Positions 35,942-44,115 of a DNA stretch of 54,264 nucleotides are shown here, piece after piece. Position numbers and translations under genes: made by a program. Position 1 is the first letter of the stretch. Every line of letters starts with the position of its first letter. Under the pieces are notes generated by a model, which saw only the letters and a list, made by a program, of their open reading frames with translations, was not told the DNA's origin and did not search any database. This DNA comes from a virus (taxonomy: Duplodnaviria; Caudoviricetes), in IMG/VR virus record IMGVR_UViG_3300025141_000126, positions 1 to 54,264 of that record; one strand, given 5' to 3'.

Positions 35942-36136
35942 ATGGATATCGACGACACCTATCTAAAGATCCTGCGTGCCACCCGCAACGTCGTAGATGA
36001 TCAACTCGACAAGAACCTCGTGGCTGGTGTCGTTGTGCGGCATGTGCTCAACCGGGTGTCGGATGCTGTTTGGCCCTTGCAATGGATGCTGTACACGGGA
36101 CTCTCCAAGATCTGTAACTCGGAGGTGTACTCATGA
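35942..36136 (+). CDS. MDDT-family small protein
   Basis: GGAG RBS; MDIDDTYLKILRA. Confidence 0.7.
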   Translation: MDIDDTYLKILRATRNVVDDQLDKNLVAGVVVRHVLNRVSDAVWPLQWMLYTGLSKICNSEVYS

Positions 36137-36507
36137 GCGGTGAACTATATCGCAGTGAACGCCATAACCCGCACAAAACTGCAGTGTGTAAAAACTGTGG
36201 CAATATGAACGCCCTTATAATATGGGGGAATATCAATTGCGACACCTGCCCTGGCCCGCATGAACATCGCTCTGGACTACAGGGTATCGCTAAGGTGATC
36301 GACGATGCTGTCTGGAAGAGGGCGAACATTGCTTTGTACCGTACTACTGCCCATCAGAGGAATCTTGATGATGAAAACCACTTCTCACTGGAGGATCGGG
36401 GTCCGTTCTGGGATGCTGTACGGGGGATTTGGGATCAGCAAGAGCAGAACCGTGCGGAGTTCACGGCATTTCAAGTTCGCGATACAGCAAGGAGGGCGAC
36501 TTTATGA
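36133..36507 (+). CDS. Hypothetical zinc-finger protein
   Basis: CKNC...CDTC; GGAGGT RBS. Confidence 0.6.
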   Translation: MSGELYRSERHNPHKTAVCKNCGNMNALIIWGNINCDTCPGPHEHRSGLQGIAKVIDDAVWKRANIALYRTTAHQRNLDDENHFSLEDRGPFWDAVRGIWDQQEQNRAEFTAFQVRDTARRATL

Positions 36508-36719
36508 GACGCATCATCAAACGTGGCACCGAGCAGAAGCTAGTGCATTTCGTCTACCGTGCGGAGTGCCCTGTCTGCGGCTGTATATTCGAGTTCGACG
36601 ACACTGGTGCTTGGCCCACTACATCGGTGCTCGCTTCTAAGTCACGAGAGACTTGGTGCCCTACCACGAACTGCGCATCGCAGCGGCTGACGGGTTATCG
36701 CACGGACGAGGGGCAATGA
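36504..36719 (+). CDS. Small zinc-ribbon protein
   Basis: MRRIIKRG...CPVCGCIFEF...CP..NC; AAGGAGG RBS. Confidence 0.65.
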   Translation: MRRIIKRGTEQKLVHFVYRAECPVCGCIFEFDDTGAWPTTSVLASKSRETWCPTTNCASQRLTGYRTDEGQ

Positions 36720-36967
36720 TCACCTTCCTCCTAGCTTTCACCCAGGGACTGTCCTTCTGTCTCGTGTCTCGCTCACGCAACAGGGATAATCTCACGTACC
36801 ACCTGTTCTCTAGCTTGTTTTCTAATGCTATATTATTTGCCACCTTCCGACATCTCGTGCTATCAGGCATGTCCTTCTGGCTGTTCTTCCCCTACACGAT
36901 TGGGATGACGCTGGGATCTCTGCTTGGTATGCGCTGCTCACTCTGGATCGAACGTAGGATAGCCTAA
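36716..36967 (+). CDS. Small three-helix membrane protein
   Basis: Hydrophobic; VSRSRNR...YH...SN motif; immediately upstream of queC. Confidence 0.65.
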   Translation: MITFLLAFTQGLSFCLVSRSRNRDNLTYHLFSSLFSNAILFATFRHLVLSGMSFWLFFPYTIGMTLGSLLGMRCSLWIERRIA

Positions 36968-36968
36968 T

Positions 36969-37574
36969 ATGAAGACAATCGTGATACTATCGGGGGGTGT
37001 GGACTCTACTGTGATCCTCTGGCGGTGCTTAGCTGCGGAGGATGAGGTGAAGGCACTCTCATTCGACTACGGTCAACGACATCGCCGGGAACTCGACGCT
37101 GCCACGAAGATCGCTGCCAAGGCAGGGGTCGAGCATAAGATCGTGGATGTGACAGCATGGGGCGACCTGATGCAGCCTATCCTAAGAGCTCCTGTCCCCC
37201 ACGGCCATTATGAGAGCGAACAGCAGAAGTCTACCGTCGTGCCTAACCGGAATATGGTCTTCATCGCGATCGCTGCCTCCTGGGCTATGTCTGTCGGATA
37301 CGATCAAGTCGCTATCGGTGCCCATGCCGGGGATCATCACATCTACCGGGACTGCCGGGAATCGTTCTTTGCTCCCCTGGAACTAGCACTCTATGCCTCT
37401 GATGAGCGTCAAATACAGATCTGGCGACCGTATGTTCGGCAAACAAAGGCTGAGGTGATCGCTGACGGCAGGGATCTAGCTGCTCCGCTTGATATGACCT
37501 GGACTTGCTATGAGGGCGGGGACGTGCCGTGTGGTAAATGCGGTGCCTGTGTCGAGAGAGAGGAAGCGGAATGA
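36969..37574 (+). CDS. queC: 7-cyano-7-deazaguanine synthase QueC
   Basis: LSGGVDS, FDYGQRH, VVPNRN, YRDCR, TWTCY.G...CGKCGAC.ER. Confidence 0.95.
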   Translation: MKTIVILSGGVDSTVILWRCLAAEDEVKALSFDYGQRHRRELDAATKIAAKAGVEHKIVDVTAWGDLMQPILRAPVPHGHYESEQQKSTVVPNRNMVFIAIAASWAMSVGYDQVAIGAHAGDHHIYRDCRESFFAPLELALYASDERQIQIWRPYVRQTKAEVIADGRDLAAPLDMTWTCYEGGDVPCGKCGACVEREEAE

Positions 37575-38164
37575 AGATCAACGAGAGGTTTGTTTCGTAC
37601 CAGGGATCGGGGCTAATGACCGGTCAGCAGCAGTATTTCGTTCGGCTACACGGTTGCTCTGTACCTTGTCCTATCAAGGCAATGTGCGATGAGTCTGATG
37701 CACTATCGGGCGAACCCAACGAGGAGTTGACCGTGGAGGACGTGGCTATCGCAGCCGCTGAGTCTGGCACCGGTTGGCTGCATCTAACCGGTGGTGAACC
37801 GATGGATCAGCGTAGCGAGGTTGCGTATGCCATCGCTCATGCCCGAGACCGAGACGTGAAGACTCACATTCAAACCAGCGGTGCTGTCTGGTGCCCATCA
37901 GTAGACTACCTCACGGTGAGCCCAAAAGCAGAGAAGGTTGCTCAGAACTACGGCGACGAGATGATCCTTGTCTACGATCCGGCCTGGGTTACGGTTGATG
38001 TTGCGAATGAACTACGGCGATCGACCTCGTTCGGCCTGTACTACATGCAGCCGCTATGGGAGTTTGGCACATGCAACTCAGACAAGACCTTGAAGTTCAT
38101 GGCCGCGCTGAAGGGTTCATGGAGAATTAGCGGTCAACTGCACAAGTACTTGGGGATTCGGTAA
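37571..38164 (+). CDS. queE: 7-carboxy-7-deazaguanine synthase QueE (radical SAM)
   Basis: INERFVSYQGSG..TG...FVRLHGC, TGGEP, TVSPK, YMQP, QLHKYLGIR. Confidence 0.9.
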   Translation: MKINERFVSYQGSGLMTGQQQYFVRLHGCSVPCPIKAMCDESDALSGEPNEELTVEDVAIAAAESGTGWLHLTGGEPMDQRSEVAYAIAHARDRDVKTHIQTSGAVWCPSVDYLTVSPKAEKVAQNYGDEMILVYDPAWVTVDVANELRRSTSFGLYYMQPLWEFGTCNSDKTLKFMAALKGSWRISGQLHKYLGIR

Positions 38165-38931
38165 TGCGGCACTACCACGGCACGCCACTTGGAGGTACAC
38201 GGGAATCGGTGGCGCGATTTGTGATCACAGGGAATCGACACTTCCTTGTACCCTTCCCGAACCCCGACGACCTCTCCGTGATCGCTGAGTCGAGTTGTGG
38301 CTTCTGTGTGGACAATGGTGCTTTCAGTGCCTGGAGATCCGGCAAGCCTGTCACCGACTGGGGACCGTATTACGACTGGTGTACACTGTGGTGCCGTCAT
38401 CCCCGCTGGGATTTTGCGGTCGTCCCAGACGTGATTGGGGGGTGCGAAGAAGAGAATGATTTGCTTGTAGAGGAATGGTTTGCCCGCACCCGACTCGACG
38501 ACGGCACTTGTGCTGAGGGAGCACCGGTCTGGCATCTACATGAATCATTCGATCGACTCAACCGGTTAATGGCCGACAGCCGAATCATCTGCTTGGGTAG
38601 CAGCGGTGAGTATCAGAACCCTGGCACCACCGCTTGGCACGACCGAATGGCAAAGGCTATGGATGTGCTGTGTGATAGCACTGGTAGTCCCAGGCGTAAG
38701 ATACATGGCCTGCGTATGCTGGACCCGGCGATCGTCGCGAGATACCCGCTGTTCAGTGCGGACTCAACGAACGTCGCACAGAACTCTCAACTACTCGGTC
38801 GGTACGGCATGTACAAACCACCTACTCAGGCCCAGCGAAGGGAAGTACTGGCAGCTCGTATTGAGACGACTAGGTCTCCTGGGATCTGGGTGCCTGCCGC
38901 TAAGCAAGAAGAACTATTCTCTCTGGAGTGA
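38164..38931 (+). CDS. TGT/DpdA-like protein, putative DNA guanine transglycosylase
   Basis: HYHGTP, VDNGAFSAW, PDVI.G, PVWH, IHGL, SADST motifs; coupled to queE. Confidence 0.65.
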   Translation: MRHYHGTPLGGTRESVARFVITGNRHFLVPFPNPDDLSVIAESSCGFCVDNGAFSAWRSGKPVTDWGPYYDWCTLWCRHPRWDFAVVPDVIGGCEEENDLLVEEWFARTRLDDGTCAEGAPVWHLHESFDRLNRLMADSRIICLGSSGEYQNPGTTAWHDRMAKAMDVLCDSTGSPRRKIHGLRMLDPAIVARYPLFSADSTNVAQNSQLLGRYGMYKPPTQAQRREVLAARIETTRSPGIWVPAAKQEELFSLE

Positions 38932-38934
38932 CCA

Positions 38935-39120
38935 ATGGACGACACACGCGACAGTATAAACAACATCGCCTGGGAGGCATGGCATCGCCTGCGAGAGGAC
39001 ACCGGCAACTTGATACATACGGTGCCGATGATAAACGCCGTAGCGATGTCAACAGTGCACGGTCCAAGCCAACTCATCGGAGACGAGGTATGGCTTTTCG
39101 CCGGGGGTTACCATGGATGA
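38935..39120 (+). CDS. MDDT-family small protein (array G)
   Basis: GGAG RBS; MDDTRDSINNIAW. Confidence 0.7.
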   Translation: MDDTRDSINNIAWEAWHRLREDTGNLIHTVPMINAVAMSTVHGPSQLIGDEVWLFAGGYHG

Positions 39121-39289
39121 TACCAGCCACAAGATCACCGCCGCCACCAATATATGCTTCCATGGCATCGACTTCACCCCACTCATGCTCGCTAGCATTG
39201 GTATCGTGCGAGGCAGTTGGTTCCGGCGTGACGAAGGTTCTGTTTGGAATGACGAGGTCATGGAGGATATATCATGGATAACACAGTGA
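39113..39289 (+). CDS. MDDT-family small protein (array G; 58 aa, below the ORF-track cutoff)
   Basis: ATGGATGA overlap; MDDTSHKITAATN. Confidence 0.6.
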   Translation: MDDTSHKITAATNICFHGIDFTPLMLASIGIVRGSWFRRDEGSVWNDEVMEDISWITQ

Positions 39290-39459
39290 CGTTGATTGAG
39301 GTCGCGGTGGACGTGCCCTGCGTCGGAGGAAATACGCTAGCTGCTTCTTATGTTCGACAGCACGTTGCCAGTGAACTGCATTCCCCTGCATTCTTCGCTA
39401 TTGATGGAATGCTAGACCCCGAACTCACAGTAGACTGGGAGATAACACGGTGTCTGTAA
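39274..39459 (+). CDS. MDDT-family small protein (array G)
   Basis: GGAGG RBS; MDNTVTLIEVAV. Confidence 0.65.
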   Translation: MDNTVTLIEVAVDVPCVGGNTLAASYVRQHVASELHSPAFFAIDGMLDPELTVDWEITRCL

Positions 39460-39656
39460 TTCACGAAATAGAGCGTACCTGCGGCGTATTCCTGCTGTAC
39501 AATCGCTGTCCACGGATCAAAGAAGCATTTGTTGAAGTCTGGGGAGCAGTGGATAACGACATGGACTTCCAAGTGATCGTCGGGGATCGGTTCATGGGGG
39601 GCATTTGCGCAAAGGTTGGTGAAACAGTAGAACACATAGGAGAAGACAATGGATAG
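39450..39656 (+). CDS. MDDT-related small protein (array G)
   Basis: GGGAG RBS; EVWGAVD motif. Confidence 0.55.
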   Translation: MSVIHEIERTCGVFLLYNRCPRIKEAFVEVWGAVDNDMDFQVIVGDRFMGGICAKVGETVEHIGEDNG

Positions 39657-39870
39657 AGGAATCAGCCTTGATATCGAACGGGCGACCCTAGACAGAACTC
39701 GACTGGCACTCTTGGACGACCTGTCCGCTGCCATCGCTGTGGATGTGCATTTTCAGATCCCTCCCAACTTCTCCACTACATCGGATGTGATCGACTTGCG
39801 AGAGACTGTTGACGACGCGATATATTTCACGCTTGACAGTAACGACGGCAGCGGTACAATAAAGCTGTGA
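39649..39870 (+). CDS. MDDT-related small protein (array G)
   Basis: AGGAG RBS; ATGGATAG overlap; MDRGISLDIERA. Confidence 0.6.
   Translation: MDRGISLDIERATLDRTRLALLDDLSAAIAVDVHFQIPPNFSTTSDVIDLRETVDDAIYFTLDSNDGSGTIKL
39833..39860 (+). promoter_or_regulatory. Sigma70-type promoter
   Basis: TTGACA-16-TACAAT. Confidence 0.55.
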
Positions 39871-39999
39871 CTGTCACGGTCACACGATGGGTAGGCGGAG
39901 GTGGAGGACTTGTTGTCCTATGTGCTGTACCGCGAATTAGTTCCTCATGGCTGCACACCACCTTTGCCGTTTTTATACACCAAACCACCAAGGGTCACT

Positions 40000-40326
40000 A
40001 TGAACCACACCGACAAAGCAATCGAACTTCTCACCATCGCACAAAGCAGTGCCCAAGCATCCAACGCCGCTCTGGTCACAGCCACTGCTGCACAGACACA
40101 TGCACTGCTCGCTATCGCGGAAGCTGTCACCAAGTCAGGTGCTTGCCAGTTCCCCGAGATTAAGCTAGGGTCTGTCACGGAGGCCGCTGCGTTTACATCC
40201 CCACCGCTTCCACCACCCTCAACCACAGAAGGCCTAGGTGAAGCTGCGAAGGACTTCACTCAAGCACGCAAGCCTCGACTCAAGAGAAAGAAGAAAGATG
40301 ATCGAAACGGTAATGGACTTCAGTGA
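40000..40326 (+). CDS. Hypothetical protein
   Basis: MNHTDKAIELL...AQTHALLAIAEA. Confidence 0.55.
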   Translation: MNHTDKAIELLTIAQSSAQASNAALVTATAAQTHALLAIAEAVTKSGACQFPEIKLGSVTEAAAFTSPPLPPPSTTEGLGEAAKDFTQARKPRLKRKKKDDRNGNGLQ

Positions 40327-40408
40327 CTACTATCGTGATTCGTTTTTACCCCTAGGAGTGTTATTTATCGTGTTGTTCATGCTGTTCGACACATGCTAAA
40401 TCATCTCC

Positions 40409-40529
40409 TGCGTGGTCTTCCTCCAGGGCCACGCACCCCCGGCGCTGTGCCTCACTCCCATGGCGTCGGGTTTATTTCATCCTCCCGGTGCGGCTTGGCG
40501 ATGATAGGGCGTCAGGTCGTGCCGGTTTT
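40409..40529 (+). ncRNA. Putative structured small RNA with three tandem hairpins and CUCC-rich loops
   Basis: Three stems of 9, 12 and 16 bp with G-U pairs on the + strand, ending in TTTT. Confidence 0.45.
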
Positions 40530-40567
40530 CATATATTTACTTGACCTTTGACTGACCGGGGTATACG

Positions 40568-40750
40568 ATGGATGAAGCAGCAGAGAGGATTGTTGGCATC
40601 GGCGGGTTCCTTGGCGGCATATGCTCAGACATGAGCGCGGCACTCGGCAAGATTCAGGTTAACTCGCCTCACGACCTTCTCTACACAGACGTTGACGACA
40701 TACACATGGCAGTATACACGGACGTTTGGAAAGACATATGGATATTCTAG
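40568..40750 (+). CDS. MDDT-related small protein (array B type)
   Basis: MDEAAERIVGIG, similar to 7580 MDEAIARLVGKD. Confidence 0.55.
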   Translation: MDEAAERIVGIGGFLGGICSDMSAALGKIQVNSPHDLLYTDVDDIHMAVYTDVWKDIWIF

Positions 40751-41010
40751 ACCGCCTTCGCGACTTAACCGGCACGCCACTGCTCAACGACTGTTTCAAA
40801 GAAATACAGGACTTGCGGCATCGGTTGGCTGAGGCGAGATCAGTTGCCACGAGAAGGCGAAACAAGAACGCATTGCTGACCAACGAGATCGCAGTGCTCA
40901 AGAGTAGGTTGGGCGAAGACAAGCCAACTGTCGTGTGCAGGGAAGTGCGTGGAACCATCCGCTATCATCAAGGACAAGACGATGACAACAGACCTCAGAG
41001 TGACAATTGA
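40738..41010 (+). CDS. Coiled-coil hypothetical protein
   Basis: MDILDRLR...EIQDLR. Confidence 0.55.
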   Translation: MDILDRLRDLTGTPLLNDCFKEIQDLRHRLAEARSVATRRRNKNALLTNEIAVLKSRLGEDKPTVVCREVRGTIRYHQGQDDDNRPQSDN

Positions 41011-41170
41011 GAACCTCCGTGTTGAGAGAGACGACTGCTCGGAGATGATCAAGATACAAGAACACAAGATTGCGGAACTGGAAGAGTACCGGGCGAGGGA
41101 CACCGCCTACATCAGCTTCCTTGTGGACAAGCTGGCGCGGATGCGTAATATCCTGAACGAAACTAGCTGA
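40982..41170 (+). CDS. Small coiled-coil protein
   Basis: MTTDLRVTIENL; AAGGA RBS. Confidence 0.5.
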   Translation: MTTDLRVTIENLRVERDDCSEMIKIQEHKIAELEEYRARDTAYISFLVDKLARMRNILNETS

Positions 41171-41382
41171 TCGGGGTGCATGGGGGCTCGGTGGCCCTCG
41201 CAGTTCTCGTGCATCCTGGTTTTAGGAGTGACCTATGAATAAATGGCGACTCAATCCGCTTGACATGGCAGAGTACGATGAGACCTGCCGTCTAGAAGAA
41301 CTGGCTGCAGCTGAAGAAGATCGCGTTGCTCGATTTAGCGTAGCGACCGATGCTGAGAACAAAGCTCTAGAGGAGGGGCTGA

Positions 41383-41613
41383 GTGATGACAGCGACTAAG
41401 ATCACAGCACCGTCGAATCTCCCGTGGTTCGGCATAGCCCGCGACACACACAAAGCGATGAGTGCGTGTATAGACCACAATGTCCGTGACAGGGTTTGGA
41501 GTGGTGTGCTACGACGTGTCGATCGGCAAAACCTCGGGATGTCTTGGATTACGCACCCACAAGTAATAAGGGAGGTGGTCAGTGAATTTTCTACAAAGCA
41601 TGTGTCTGAATAG
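41383..41613 (+). CDS. MDDT-related small protein
   Basis: GAGGAGG RBS; RDTHKAM...VRDRVWSGV. Confidence 0.55.
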   Translation: MMTATKITAPSNLPWFGIARDTHKAMSACIDHNVRDRVWSGVLRRVDRQNLGMSWITHPQVIREVVSEFSTKHVSE

Positions 41614-42382
41614 GCACAGCACCGACGTGAAGGCGATGGTGATGTCCGTTGGGGTTGTTCGTCGCGCAGTGAACAACGTCAACTACGACATCAAAACCAA
41701 CGGCGAGGCGTTGGTTATCGACGTTGCCCTGGACCATCTGTCTGGTCCCTTCTTTGATGTCGGTGCGTTCCATGGTGACTGGGGCAGTATCCCCACTGCC
41801 AAAGGTCGCCTGACGTACATGTTTGAGGCTTCCCCAGAGAACTACGATACCTTGGTACATAGCGTACTCCATGAGAACTGCGTGACACACAACGTCGTAG
41901 TCGGAGAGCGTACTCACTCCAAGGTGAACTTCTATCACGTCGAGGATAAGCCGCATACCAGTTCACGCTACGGGATGTTCCTTGACAAGCACATCCCTGG
42001 TTCCAAGAAGTCGCATCACATCCTACCGATGATTACCGGCGACGTGTTCTGCGAGGGTGAGCAGATCCCAGAGATCGGACTGTTGAAGATCGACGTTGAG
42101 GGTGGAGAGATGCCAGTCATCCGTGGATTCAACACGATGCTCTCGACCGGCAATATTGGTGCCATCCAGTTCGAGTACGGCTTGGTCAATATCGAGGCAC
42201 GGACATTCCTGAAGGACTTTTATGACTATCTCACTCCAAGGGGTTTTCTAATCGGCAAGGTCTTTCCAGACGGGGTGGAATTCAAGGCATATGCGTACGA
42301 GGATGAGGACTTCCTTGGCCCTAACTACCTCGCCGTACACAACTCACAGACCGCATTCCTTAACGCTGTGAGGGTAGGATGA
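41582..42382 (+). CDS. FkbM-family SAM methyltransferase
   Basis: FDVGAFHG, FEASP, LLKIDVEGGE, IQFEYG. Confidence 0.85.
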   Translation: MNFLQSMCLNRHSTDVKAMVMSVGVVRRAVNNVNYDIKTNGEALVIDVALDHLSGPFFDVGAFHGDWGSIPTAKGRLTYMFEASPENYDTLVHSVLHENCVTHNVVVGERTHSKVNFYHVEDKPHTSSRYGMFLDKHIPGSKKSHHILPMITGDVFCEGEQIPEIGLLKIDVEGGEMPVIRGFNTMLSTGNIGAIQFEYGLVNIEARTFLKDFYDYLTPRGFLIGKVFPDGVEFKAYAYEDEDFLGPNYLAVHNSQTAFLNAVRVG

Positions 42383-42579
42383 AAGACAATGAGGTATACA
42401 TGGCGTTAGCAAAGCCGTACATCAACTGCATCGATGGAATTCAAGAGGCGTACTCAGGTGAGGTTGTGAATCTCGCCACACGCGAACTCTGGGACACCGC
42501 TGACTTCAGGTGCCGCGCTGCAGTCGAACAGGGTATATTCATTGACACTAGAGTAGGATATCCTTACGACCGATGGTAG
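42379..42579 (+). CDS. MDDT-related small protein (array H)
   Basis: ATGA overlap; MKDNEVY...RELWD. Confidence 0.55.
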   Translation: MKDNEVYMALAKPYINCIDGIQEAYSGEVVNLATRELWDTADFRCRAAVEQGIFIDTRVGYPYDRW

Positions 42580-42749
42580 CTGACACAACCACCACTGATA
42601 TAGCAAAAGCGATAGAGTCATTCGGCAACGCACCCTGGAATAGCCCGGAACTCTGGGCGAAGTGCGAGCCGCTGTACTTCGACGACGCCGGTAGGTTAGA
42701 CACCGCAACAGCTGTCATGCAACAAGCGTGGGACCATCGTGATACATAA
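42573..42749 (+). CDS. MDDT-related small protein (array H; 58 aa, not in the ORF track)
   Basis: MVADTTTTDIAKAI; overlaps both neighbours. Confidence 0.5.
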   Translation: MVADTTTTDIAKAIESFGNAPWNSPELWAKCEPLYFDDAGRLDTATAVMQQAWDHRDT

Positions 42750-42939
42750 CGAGATCGAAAACGCCACAAAGGACTTGGCTGTCAAGGAACTGCAGCGCTG
42801 TTGCAGCGGCGGTCTGGATTCGCTACCCATGAAGTACTGGATACAAAACGACCACAGCGCAGGGAGTAGGCTGAGAATATTTTGGGCTGTAGTACACACA
42901 ATTAACCGGGAGATGAGTGAACATGACTACACGACGTAA
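42739..42939 (+). CDS. MDDT-related small protein (array H)
   Basis: (M)IHNEIENAT...IFWAVV. Confidence 0.5.
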   Translation: MIHNEIENATKDLAVKELQRCCSGGLDSLPMKYWIQNDHSAGSRLRIFWAVVHTINREMSEHDYTT

Positions 42940-43342
42940 CTTCTTGAAGGTCATCACGGCGGCTGCAATCGCCCCGACAATGCCATTGGCTGTTATCCCT
43001 GCGAAGGAGTACTCCACCATATATGGGGTGAGTCTCTTCCAATCAACGGGGGTTTCACACTTCACGGCAAAGGGTATACTGAAGCACCTAGATGGCACGA
43101 TCACATTGAAGAACGAAACAGATCAAGAGATCAAGAGAGGAAGCCTCGTCTACCTCACAAAGATCCAGGCCGGAAAGGAGAAGGCGTGGCTTGACACCGC
43201 ATCGTACATGCGAGGTGGCGATGAATCGGAGTGGGATATGCCCGACGACGAAGCAACATCATCAGAGCAGTCGCTGGTGCAGAAGACACGCAAGATACAC
43301 GAAGAACTGGCACACAACAAAGCAATGGGCTATCGTTCATGA
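42923..43342 (+). CDS. Protein with a twin-arginine-like signal
   Basis: MTTRRNFLKVITAAAIAP; GGAG RBS. Confidence 0.6.
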   Translation: MTTRRNFLKVITAAAIAPTMPLAVIPAKEYSTIYGVSLFQSTGVSHFTAKGILKHLDGTITLKNETDQEIKRGSLVYLTKIQAGKEKAWLDTASYMRGGDESEWDMPDDEATSSEQSLVQKTRKIHEELAHNKAMGYRS

Positions 43343-43539
43343 GAAGCGACAACACTACGGCACTGGTATCGTGTCAATGCGACATTGTCATCGACACACT
43401 ATCATGCGACGACATTGTGTCCAACGAGGTCTGGGCAGTGGTCAACAACCGTTTATTCAACCCTGTTGCTGCTACATTAGCACAATTTTACCCCCCTGTT
43501 ATCACGGAGATCGACGAATGTCTAGTTTCAATCGAGTAG
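43339..43539 (+). CDS. MDDT-family small protein
   Basis: ATGA overlap; MRSDNTTALV...SNEVWAVV. Confidence 0.55.
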   Translation: MRSDNTTALVSCQCDIVIDTLSCDDIVSNEVWAVVNNRLFNPVAATLAQFYPPVITEIDECLVSIE

Positions 43540-43886
43540 TTATTGTAGGTCATGTCACGCGAGACATCGACCTGAAGCACACGCAAAGCGGCACTGCCGT
43601 ATGTGATCTTGGCGTAGCTGTCAACGATCGCGTCAAGAAGAATGAGGTTTGGGTCGATGAGACCACGTTTGTGGATTGCACGGTCTGGGGTCGCAACGCT
43701 GAGACCTCTGCACAGTTCCTGCGGAAGGGTTCACAGGTCTTGGTCGAAGGTCGGCTGAAGATGGACGAATGGGAAACGGACGGTCAGAAGCGATCGAAAA
43801 TGCGCGTATCCGCTGATCGGGTTGTTTTTCTCGGAAGTAAGTCTGATGCCCCAGCAGAGGATGCTCCCGCTGATCTTGCTTGGTAA
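43518..43886 (+). CDS. ssb: Single-stranded DNA-binding protein
   Basis: FNRVVIVGHVTRDIDLK, TTFVDCTVWGRNAE, LRKGSQVLVEGRL; acidic tail. Confidence 0.95.
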   Translation: MSSFNRVVIVGHVTRDIDLKHTQSGTAVCDLGVAVNDRVKKNEVWVDETTFVDCTVWGRNAETSAQFLRKGSQVLVEGRLKMDEWETDGQKRSKMRVSADRVVFLGSKSDAPAEDAPADLAW

Positions 43887-43893
43887 CCTCGTC

Positions 43894-43931
43894 TACCCCT
43901 GCCGAGCATGAGGCTTAGTGGGGGTATTTTT
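43894..43931 (+). terminator. Rho-independent terminator after ssb
   Basis: TACCCC.../...GGGGTA stem followed by a T run. Confidence 0.55.
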
Positions 43932-43944
43932 ATGGAGATACGAC

Positions 43945-44115
43945 ATGGATAACACGAAAGAACTGATTCACGCCCCCTTCGTGCAGTTGCTGTTTGGGAT
44001 GCCGCTTGGGGTTCACCCAGATCATATCGAACGCCGCCCCCACGACGCTGTTGACCATGAGTTATTCACTATGCTCGAAGGGGGTCCGATATGGATGACA
44101 CAAGAGACCTCATAG
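43945..44115 (+). CDS. MDDT-family small protein (array I)
   Basis: GGAG RBS; MDNTKELIHA. Confidence 0.55.
   Translation: MDNTKELIHAPFVQLLFGMPLGVHPDHIERRPHDAVDHELFTMLEGGPIWMTQETS

Noticed and set aside
43191-43517. N-terminal extension of SSB in the ORF track
   Set aside because: SSB homology and an RBS start at 43518; the upstream DNA is occupied by other genes
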